Program-made: the position numbers and the translations under genes
The notes under the pieces: model-generated
What the model was told of the DNA's origin: nothing
The model's database searches: none
What the model saw: the letters and a program-made list of their open reading frames with translations, nothing else
Part shown: positions 18,030-25,788 of the stretch, piece by piece
Position numbering within the stretch: the stretch's first letter is position 1
Layout: every line of letters starts with the position of its first letter
Virus record (IMG/VR): IMGVR_UViG_3300027914_001163
Span: 96,001 to 160,000 of that record
Length of the DNA: 64,000 bases
Strand: one strand, 5' to 3'
DNA from: a virus
Lineage: Duplodnaviria; Caudoviricetes

Positions 18030-18601
18030 TTTACTTCATTACTTCCGATCCGCATTTTGGCCACAACAGAATTATAGAATTGTCGTATCGCCCGTTTGAA
18101 AACGTAACCGACATGGACAATACTATAATACGCAACTGGAATCAGCGTGTTAAACCTGAAGACACCGTGCTCAGTTTAGGAGATTGGTGTTTCCGTGGTG
18201 GTGTTCAGGGAGGAAAGCAACAGGCTCAGTATTGGGAAAAACAACTGAACGGCAAAGTAATTCACATCCAAGGCAACCATGATGTCAATAATAGCGTCAA
18301 AGCCATTATCACCTGTTGCATTATCGAGTTCGGCGGCAGGGTGATCTTATTGCAACATCGTCCGCCACAGCATCCGAAAGAAGTTCCTGACATGTGCGAT
18401 TTCGTTTTCTGTGGACATGTACATGAATTCTGGAAATACTCCATTATTCCATACCAGGACAGAAAGATCATTTCCATCAATGTCGGAATGGATCAGTGGG
18501 GTTTCAAGCCGATGAAACTGATTGAGATTGTAGATTACGCAACCAATATAGAAAAAAATGCTGATCGGCTTATAGGCGACTTAGATTCTGTAACAGGTTA
18601 G
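18026..18601 (+). CDS. calcineurin-like metallophosphoesterase
   Basis: SDPHFGH, LGD, GNHD, GHVH. Confidence 0.9.
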   Translation: MIYFITSDPHFGHNRIIELSYRPFENVTDMDNTIIRNWNQRVKPEDTVLSLGDWCFRGGVQGGKQQAQYWEKQLNGKVIHIQGNHDVNNSVKAIITCCIIEFGGRVILLQHRPPQHPKEVPDMCDFVFCGHVHEFWKYSIIPYQDRKIISINVGMDQWGFKPMKLIEIVDYATNIEKNADRLIGDLDSVTG

Positions 18602-18785
18602 CAACGATTGGGGTAACTTTAGTGCGTTCATAACCATAACGTGCCAAGGTTTCAAACAAGTCTTTTTCAAGATCGTTTTTAACGCTCATGATGTCAACAG
18701 GAGCGGAGTTGTTCGCAAATTTTTTTTCTGAGAACAATTCGTTGATGACACTGTTGCGTTTTATGTCTTTATCGATTTCGTCCAT
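18570..18785 (-). CDS. hypothetical protein
   Basis: Lone minus-strand ORF with AAGGAG RBS. Confidence 0.6.
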   Translation of the reverse strand: MDEIDKDIKRNSVINELFSEKKFANNSAPVDIMSVKNDLEKDLFETLARYGYERTKVTPIVANLLQNLSRL

Positions 18786-18829
18786 AACATACTCCTTATA
18801 TATTATTATATTATTGGGGGATTAAAAAA

Positions 18830-19135
18830 ATGACTAACGCCAGACTTCAAAATTTAATAAATATTTACAATACTCTTGGTGAAGAACTTAACGCTGTTTT
18901 TCCTGAATGGTGGAAGGTGGAAAGATACGCCGTTAAGTATATTGATTTTATTGTGCCTTTGGTTCTTGGAGATCAATATATTTACAGACGTAATGATGGT
19001 AAGGTTCAATTACATTCGGAAATATATTGTGCATCATTACAAGGAAAATTCGACACATTAAAAATTGCAGCTCAACTACAAGATAAAACTATATATCAAC
19101 TTATTAAAGACATAGAGGAAGATGCCAATGAATGA
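18830..19135 (+). CDS. hypothetical protein
   Basis: 101-aa ORF upstream of the helicase. Confidence 0.65.
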   Translation: MTNARLQNLINIYNTLGEELNAVFPEWWKVERYAVKYIDFIVPLVLGDQYIYRRNDGKVQLHSEIYCASLQGKFDTLKIAAQLQDKTIYQLIKDIEEDANE

Positions 19136-20456
19136 CCATTTCCCGTTGAATGAGGACTTACAAACAACATTGCTTTCGGCTTTTATCCAGGACCGGCGTT
19201 TGTGGGTCAGGATGTATACTCACATAGAAAAAGAATATTTTGATAATTTGCACAACAGTCGAATATTTATTTTTTATAAGAAGTATTTTGAACGGCATAA
19301 AGAATTTCCTCCGCAGAATATCATGGAGAACGCATTGGAACGAGCGTATCCTGGAGAGAAGGATATAACTGAAACATTGCGCCAGATTAAAGTAGTGTAC
19401 AGCGGTTGTGTAACTCCCATCAAGCAGGATGTTATTGATTACCTGACAGATGAATGTAACAAGTTCATTCGTGATAAGAAAATAGATAATGCTCTTATTC
19501 AAAGTCTGAGCCTGAAAGAAGAAGAGAAATATGATGATATTGAACAGGTTATGCGTGAGGCTGTGCAGTGGACGAGCGATGTAAAACTCGGAACGGAGAT
19601 AGTTCATGCCAGGGAGCGTTATGAGCAAGTTGAACTCATGTATGATCGGTTAATAAAATGGCCGTGGGAAAGACTTAACATGATCAGCGAGGGTATGTTT
19701 CCGAAACAATTATATGGTGTTGCCGCTGCTTCCAGTGTTGGTAAAACAATCTTCTGCGATAATGTGGCATGGCATACCTGGAATAAACTGAAGAAAAACG
19801 TGGTGTCATTAACCACTGAAATATCAGAAGTTCAAAAGTGCCAGCGCATGGACTCATTCGGATTTAACATTCCGAAACGTGAATTGAGAAACAAAAAAAG
19901 TGAAATCATACAATTCTATGAAGATAACAAATGGGAGAATAGATTATTCATTAAAGAATTTCCAACCGGCAAGGCCATCATTGATAAAGACGTTCGGCAA
20001 TATCTGTACAATCTTGAATTGTACGCCGGTCTTCATCCTGAAGACATTGATCTGATTATCTTTGATAGCGGTAACCTGTTTCGTCCGCCTCGATACACTA
20101 CCAGTATGTATGAGAATATCGGAGCGAACTTTGAAGCCATTCGAGCTATTGCCATTGAGTTTGATTGCGCTACGATAGCATCAGCACAGTTGGGGCGTGA
20201 GGTTACAAAATTCAATATGGATGTCTTAAAAGTCAATGAAGCGTTTGTTTCTGAATCATATAAGATACAACAAACCTGTGACTGGTTGGTTGGATTGATA
20301 AATACCGCAGAAGAACGAGCCAATGAGGTTCTTAATTTTAAAATGTTCAAAGATCGTGAAGGCCAAAAAGACCTTACTCTTCCAATGCGTATACGGTATG
20401 AGTGTTTGAAAATCGAAGACCTTGCGCCGGTCCAGTTGCCTCCATCAGTGAATTAA
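19122..20456 (+). CDS. replicative DNA helicase (DnaB/T4 gp41-like)
   Basis: Walker A ASSVGKT, TTE, IKEFPTG, ASAQLGR, SES, KDREG. Confidence 0.9.
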   Translation: MPMNDHFPLNEDLQTTLLSAFIQDRRLWVRMYTHIEKEYFDNLHNSRIFIFYKKYFERHKEFPPQNIMENALERAYPGEKDITETLRQIKVVYSGCVTPIKQDVIDYLTDECNKFIRDKKIDNALIQSLSLKEEEKYDDIEQVMREAVQWTSDVKLGTEIVHARERYEQVELMYDRLIKWPWERLNMISEGMFPKQLYGVAAASSVGKTIFCDNVAWHTWNKLKKNVVSLTTEISEVQKCQRMDSFGFNIPKRELRNKKSEIIQFYEDNKWENRLFIKEFPTGKAIIDKDVRQYLYNLELYAGLHPEDIDLIIFDSGNLFRPPRYTTSMYENIGANFEAIRAIAIEFDCATIASAQLGREVTKFNMDVLKVNEAFVSESYKIQQTCDWLVGLINTAEERANEVLNFKMFKDREGQKDLTLPMRIRYECLKIEDLAPVQLPPSVN

Positions 20457-20516
20457 ATACTTTTTTTTATTTTTCGATAATATAATTACAGCAGATAACA
20501 ACACTGAGGTAATTAT

Positions 20517-21470
20517 ATGACCGAACCTAAAAATGATCAAAAGAAAGGAGTGATTCGCAACGCCACTCTTGAAGATATTGAAGCGTTGAAGAAAAAAGAA
20601 TCAGTTCCGGCTATGACTGAAGCGGAACTGAAAGAGACTCAAAAGACACCTGAAGAATCGCAAGAGCCATCTCTGAAACCGAAAACAACTCGGTTTGAGC
20701 CTGATTCCGTTCCGGTCAAACTCCCTTCTGGAAAGTTCGCCGTCCAGAAATATCTCACCCCGAACAATGAAATCATGGTCCGGCGCATGACCGCTGTGGA
20801 AGAAAATATGTTTTATCAACTCCTCGGCGGTGCAGACATGAAAGCGATCAACGCTACCATTGATCTGATCATGGAAAACTGCATCAAGACAAACATTTCA
20901 ACATTCGAACTTTCGCTCATTGACAAACTCCCGGTGTTTTTCAAGATACTGCAACTGACCTATGGCAACATGGTTCTGGATATTGAATGCGAGAAATGCA
21001 AGCAGAAATTCCCTGTTCCCATTGACCTGGTAAGCGATTGCAAGGTGCTGTACGTGCCTGACAATTACGAATATCCGAAGCGTATCACTCTTGAGACTTA
21101 CCCAAATAGTGTTATCGATTGGTACGTAACCTATCCCACCATCAAGCAATCCGGTAAATTTTTCGACGCTGACATCATAGATGTACGCCGTATGCTCACC
21201 CATCACATCGAAGGATTTATAACAGAGGATGGCAAAGAGAAGCCGATCACCAAGGAAGATTATGAAGCCATTGTTACAAACATCAATCAAAACGACAAGA
21301 ACAAATATCATGATTTTCTAAACGAGTTCGGCAGCTTCGGTACTGACCTTTCAATCTCAAAATCCATATGCGATGACAAGGATTGCGAAATGTATGGCCG
21401 GAAACAGAACATGACTCTGCCGGTAGAGGATGTCTTCGTGAAAATTATCCAGTTGCAGAATAGACAATAA
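20517..21470 (+). CDS. baseplate hub assembly protein (T4 gp26-like)
   Basis: VKLPSG...VRRMTAVEE...L..ID...TYG...CEKC. Confidence 0.7.
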   Translation: MTEPKNDQKKGVIRNATLEDIEALKKKESVPAMTEAELKETQKTPEESQEPSLKPKTTRFEPDSVPVKLPSGKFAVQKYLTPNNEIMVRRMTAVEENMFYQLLGGADMKAINATIDLIMENCIKTNISTFELSLIDKLPVFFKILQLTYGNMVLDIECEKCKQKFPVPIDLVSDCKVLYVPDNYEYPKRITLETYPNSVIDWYVTYPTIKQSGKFFDADIIDVRRMLTHHIEGFITEDGKEKPITKEDYEAIVTNINQNDKNKYHDFLNEFGSFGTDLSISKSICDDKDCEMYGRKQNMTLPVEDVFVKIIQLQNRQ

Positions 21471-22384
21471 TGAAATCCTTCCGTAAATTGTTGTATCTCC
21501 CAAGTGGCGGATTATCATATCCGCCATTTGCTTGGCTTTATCCAATAACCAATGAAGTCGGATTATACCAGGCCGATCCCCAAGCCTACGATTCCATGTT
21601 TGACTATTATCTCGGTATCATGGAGCGATACTGCGAGATTCAAGTTCCAACGATGGAATTGTACACGCAGGATGTCTATTATATCTGGCTCTACTTTTTA
21701 CTGACTGACCTGTTGAAACATGGTAATTATTATTTGAAGACCAGATGCCGATATTGTAATCAAGAAGTATCGATTATGGTAGACCTGGGGAATCTGGATA
21801 TTACCATACGTAATCGATTCACCGCAGACTCAAACAAGTTCCAAGCCAGCATGAAACACCTGACTGAAGATTATATTTTCGAGTATGGGTATCGTCGGGT
21901 GAAGCATAACGTTGAATTCGGAAACTTGCAGCTCAACAGTGAAATGGCGGACAACGATATTTACATGGCCAGCCTGTATATAGCCTCACAACTGGATAAT
22001 GTAACTGTTTTGAGAGGCGGAAAAGTGGACACCAGTGACTACATGGGACTCCTGATGAATCTTCGATTCCACGAGTTGCTTGATTTGTTTGACGAGATGA
22101 TAGCCTGTGAAGATCATTTCGGTATCAATAATAAAATGTTTTACCAGTGCAAACAGTGCGAAAAGGTTCAGACCATACGACTATTTGATAATATAACAAA
22201 CTCAACAATTGCGCAGGAGGAAACGAAAAATATCTTGACAAGACAGGAGAATATGTTTGAAGGTATATTCAACCTGGTGCGTTTACCCATGATGGATTAT
22301 GGCGATTATCTTACCATACCGGTTCGATTCTCCCTGCCGATCTCCAACGTGGTTTCTCGTATGCAGTTTACACCATTATTATAA
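21470..22384 (+). CDS. baseplate hub assembly protein paralogue
   Basis: LYLPSGG..Y, CRYC..VDL, FGI..CKQC; same architecture as the upstream gene. Confidence 0.6.
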   Translation: MKSFRKLLYLPSGGLSYPPFAWLYPITNEVGLYQADPQAYDSMFDYYLGIMERYCEIQVPTMELYTQDVYYIWLYFLLTDLLKHGNYYLKTRCRYCNQEVSIMVDLGNLDITIRNRFTADSNKFQASMKHLTEDYIFEYGYRRVKHNVEFGNLQLNSEMADNDIYMASLYIASQLDNVTVLRGGKVDTSDYMGLLMNLRFHELLDLFDEMIACEDHFGINNKMFYQCKQCEKVQTIRLFDNITNSTIAQEETKNILTRQENMFEGIFNLVRLPMMDYGDYLTIPVRFSLPISNVVSRMQFTPLL

Positions 22385-22403
22385 TTTTGTGAGGTATTAA
22401 GTA

Positions 22404-23186
22404 ATGGAAAATTATAAACTGATTACAAAAACTGAAGCAATTGAATTATTAGGTATTAATTCTCAACAATTTAACAAACTTTCAATTAAACCAATTAAAG
22501 AAGCGAGGAATCCTTATTATTCAAATAAACCAATAAAATTATATTTTGCTTCTGAGATAGAAGAATTAAAAAAATCTCCACAAGTTGAACTTTTTAAATC
22601 AAGACGAAGAAATGTTAAAAAATCAGTTTTAATTTCAGAACAAGAAGCATTTGATTGTATAAATGAATTAAACTATTTTCATTTTGAAAATTATGCTGAT
22701 GCAAATGTTGCCGTTCAATTAAGGAAAAAATTTTTAAAATGTTATTCTCATTACATCACAGAATTTTATATATATAGAAGGTATCATCCATTAATAAATT
22801 GCCCATTATGTTATAATAATACAATTAATCATATTCATCATCTGTGTCCTAAATGTTATAATGATGGATATTTATTTAGAGCATTGCCATATGTTGACTT
22901 TCTTATAACTACTTTAATGTACAATAACAAAAAATATATTTTTTTTGATCCTTATTATGGAAAGCCAATAGACAATATTTTTATTACAACAAAACGTCCA
23001 AATAAATTATATAAATCGACAATTACTATATTTGAAAAAAAATTATATATAACAGCATTAATAAAATTTTTGAGATACCAACAACCCAATGTTTATAAAA
23101 AAGAAAAAGCTGAACAATCTAAATTGGCAAAAGGAGCATTATTACAATTAAAAAGCGAAAATCTTATATCTGAATCTGATATATGA
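22404..23186 (+). CDS. AT-rich protein with an XPA C-terminal-like putative DNA-binding domain
   Basis: LITKTEA...RNPYYS..PIKLY; CPLC...CPKC. Confidence 0.55.
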   Translation: MENYKLITKTEAIELLGINSQQFNKLSIKPIKEARNPYYSNKPIKLYFASEIEELKKSPQVELFKSRRRNVKKSVLISEQEAFDCINELNYFHFENYADANVAVQLRKKFLKCYSHYITEFYIYRRYHPLINCPLCYNNTINHIHHLCPKCYNDGYLFRALPYVDFLITTLMYNNKKYIFFDPYYGKPIDNIFITTKRPNKLYKSTITIFEKKLYITALIKFLRYQQPNVYKKEKAEQSKLAKGALLQLKSENLISESDI

Positions 23187-23668
23187 TAGTCAATTTAAAC
23201 ATCACAAGACAGAAACGGGGCGACGAGGTATGGGAGATTTTTACCGTGACTCCCAACCACAACATGATGTACGACCCCAAGCGGTTTATAACGTTTGTCC
23301 TGTGGCAGATCAGAAGTAAGTTGGCCATGACTCATGTGTTTAACTTGAAGAAAATTGTCGAGACTGGTAATATAATAACGTATATTTATCATTTCAATCC
23401 TGATGAAAGTAAACTGGTTGATTTGAGTTTTAACATCCAAATTCCCTACTATCCGATAATGGGAAAGCGGACATGCGGAGTGTGTAGATTCGAGCGTATC
23501 ATTGATGGAAAGAAATACTGCCATTGGAAGGGAATCGAAATAAGCAAGTATTCTTTCTATAAATGTCCTGAGTGGGTCGAGAAATCTTTGAACTCACGAC
23601 AGGACAAACATGTACATAAACAAAAGCGATCAAATACGATGGGAGCAACTTCTTACCGAGTACCTTGA
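23183..23668 (+). CDS. hypothetical protein
   Basis: 161-aa ORF with TCGVC..C..C. Confidence 0.6.
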   Translation: MIVNLNITRQKRGDEVWEIFTVTPNHNMMYDPKRFITFVLWQIRSKLAMTHVFNLKKIVETGNIITYIYHFNPDESKLVDLSFNIQIPYYPIMGKRTCGVCRFERIIDGKKYCHWKGIEISKYSFYKCPEWVEKSLNSRQDKHVHKQKRSNTMGATSYRVP

Positions 23669-24281
23669 AGAATCCCAATTCGGCACACGCCAGACACCCC
23701 GGACCGAACGATTGATGACAATTCTTTTTACGGAATATTTTGATAAAATAATAAACGGCATAATCTTCAATCAGCAATATCGTTTCTGGAGATTTTCTGA
23801 GATGGATGATTTGTGCCAGGAAGCACGAGCTGCAATTATGGCATCAATCCACAAGCAACAATTCGATCCTGCCAGGGGAAACATCTTCAACTTCTTTAGC
23901 ACGGTTGTTTCCAAGAACCTCATGAACTACACCAAGAAGCAAAACAGATATTTATTCAACAACATAGGCATTGATATTAATGACGTATTCAATAATGAGA
24001 ATGTTCAATACTATCAAAACTACAACGACTTTATTATTCTCGAAGATACATTCAAGGCCATGCGCCATTTCTTCTCCGGCAAGGATAAGTTCGTGCAGTT
24101 GACAAATCTCTTGGAACATTATTATATTCTTAATACTGGAAAGAAGTTTGTGAAAAAGAAATTTATCTCCTTCGCCAAGGCTCACAACTTCAGTCCGGCC
24201 TCGGTGAATAACTTCTTTTCATATTGTAAGAAGATGAAACTTAAAAAGGAAGTGCGATACTTGCTGGAGGTAGAAGATTAA
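23610..24281 (+). CDS. late-transcription sigma factor (T4 gp55-like, region 2 only)
   Basis: DDLCQEA...FDPARGNIFNFFSTVVSKNLMNY. Confidence 0.72.
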   Translation: MYINKSDQIRWEQLLTEYLEESQFGTRQTPRTERLMTILFTEYFDKIINGIIFNQQYRFWRFSEMDDLCQEARAAIMASIHKQQFDPARGNIFNFFSTVVSKNLMNYTKKQNRYLFNNIGIDINDVFNNENVQYYQNYNDFIILEDTFKAMRHFFSGKDKFVQLTNLLEHYYILNTGKKFVKKKFISFAKAHNFSPASVNNFFSYCKKMKLKKEVRYLLEVED

Positions 24282-24448
24282 ATGAAGAAATTCATTTTGA
24301 AATCGTGTAATTCAATGTGTGGACATTACCAAGACGGCTATTGTACCCATGATAAAGTCAAAATCAAAAGTTCGTGGCCTATACACCCAAGGCGAATTCC
24401 AATCAAAGGTGACTTTCCAAAATGGTGTCCATTGGAGGACGAGAAAGA

Positions 24449-24724
24449 ATGAAACCTGGAACGAGATTGGTATTTATTGGCGAGGGACCACTGAAATATC
24501 ATATAGCAACAGCCATTGATAAAATATCTTTTATGGAAGATGCGCTGTGGGTGAAGTTTGATGATGTGGAACCGGCTGCATTGGTAAAGAAAGAATTGTT
24601 TAAAGAGTTCGATGGATGGGTTGGCACAATTTTTTTGCCATACCTTCCTATAACAAAAACACCAACATTAGAAGATGGGGATATGATAGGTAAATATTAT
24701 GAACGAAAACCAATTGACATTTGA
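24449..24724 (+). CDS. hypothetical protein
   Basis: Probable start MKPG. Confidence 0.5.
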   Translation: MKPGTRLVFIGEGPLKYHIATAIDKISFMEDALWVKFDDVEPAALVKKELFKEFDGWVGTIFLPYLPITKTPTLEDGDMIGKYYERKPIDI

Positions 24725-25118
24725 TGAAGAGAAATTAAAAAAACTTTCTGGACTCTTGGAAGAAAGTATTTGCATTTATCGCAGTGACAGGGACCGTGCT
24801 ATTGCTCATTATGACGATCTCAAAAGACAACTGGCCAATATTCTCAATGGTCCATTTGAGATGAGCGAAGAAGCGGCACTGGAACGGGAATGTAATAAAG
24901 CGTTGAAGTTGTGTTTTGAATCTTCAAAGCGTTTGGATGATGTTATCAAGCATGTAACCGATGTCATCATGACTCAGTTAAATAACGAAACCAGGGAGAA
25001 GGTGGCAAAACAACTGGCTGGAAGTGGCGGTGGTTTCCCAAGCAAACCGGTGAATTTTAACCAGTTGAAAAATAGCAGGGGCGGTCAACCTGAAATTGAG
25101 TATGATGAAGAAGATTAA
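24699..25118 (+). CDS. possible terminase small subunit
   Basis: Helical 139-aa protein near terL; position and size only. Confidence 0.35.
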   Translation: MNENQLTFDEEKLKKLSGLLEESICIYRSDRDRAIAHYDDLKRQLANILNGPFEMSEEAALERECNKALKLCFESSKRLDDVIKHVTDVIMTQLNNETREKVAKQLAGSGGGFPSKPVNFNQLKNSRGGQPEIEYDEED

Positions 25119-25129
25119 ATAGTTGTTGA

Positions 25130-25378
25130 CTTATTATAGGGTAAATATTTGAATGTTGGTTATAACCTTGAAAGGATTTACAAGCCTGGATTCAAATATC
25201 TTGCAACAGGGTAAAGATTTGAATGTTGGTTGTAACTATTCGCTATTCGCGATTCGCGAATAGCGATAAACTTGCAACAGGGTAAAGATTTGAATGTTGG
25301 TTGTAACTATACAGGAGAACTCACTCGATGAAAAAAACAGTCTTGCAACAGGGTAAAGATTTGAATGTTGGTTGTAAC
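25130..25378 (+). CRISPR. CRISPR mini-array: 4 x 37-bp repeats (first degenerate), 3 spacers of 33/34/34 bp
   Basis: CTTGCAACAGGGTAAAGATTTGAATGTTGGTTGTAAC at 25200, 25271 and 25342; degenerate copy at 25130. Strand inferred from anti-repeat pairing. Confidence 0.95.
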
Positions 25379-25410
25379 TGTCATTTTTTTTAATAAAATT
25401 GAATTTTTTA

Positions 25411-25440
25411 TTGACAAAAATGGCTTTAATAAACTATTAT
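25411..25440 (+). promoter_or_regulatory. sigma70-type promoter for the tracr/omegaRNA-iscB unit
   Basis: TTGACA-N18-TATTAT with AT-rich upstream DNA. Confidence 0.6.
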
Positions 25441-25447
25441 CTTTACA

Positions 25448-25788
25448 GTTGTTCCGCTAACCATAAGCGGTGTTCGAAAACCGGTAGGTTAGCGGAAGTT
25501 GCAACCAACATTCAAATCTTTACCCTGTCCTCTACGGCAAGAGGATATTCCAAAGTAACATTTGGGAAAATGCAGATTAGGGGGCTTAAAAGAAATTTTA
25601 TGCAGAAGTTTGAAGCAAGCGTTAAAGTAACACCAGTGGATACTCCTCTCGTCCACTGCTCTGTAAATTCTCATGTAAGAAAAGAGAATGATCTTTGCCG
25701 TTGTCATGAGAATATAGTACCTACTTCAAACAACCCCGAAGAGGCTCTACCTCAACATAAAGAGGAGCAGAAGTCGAGACTATCTGCT
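25448..25788 (+). ncRNA. tracrRNA-like anti-repeat fused to an omegaRNA (HEARO-like) scaffold
   Basis: Anti-repeat 25498-25528; CAGTGGA/TCCACTG hairpin; GTTTGAAG/CTTCAAAC and TTCTCATG/CATGAGAA stems; AGCAGA/TCTGCT hairpin before the ATG. Confidence 0.8.

Noticed and set aside
25167-25341. Self-targeting of the spacers within this window
   Set aside because: No convincing match found by eye; the ATGAAAAAAC at position 1 is too short. A proper alignment is still needed.
25399-25788. 130-aa N-terminal extension of IscB in the ORF track
   Set aside because: TTG start with no RBS; the region holds the promoter, anti-repeat and omegaRNA stems. The PLMP domain starts at ATG 25789 behind GAGGAG.
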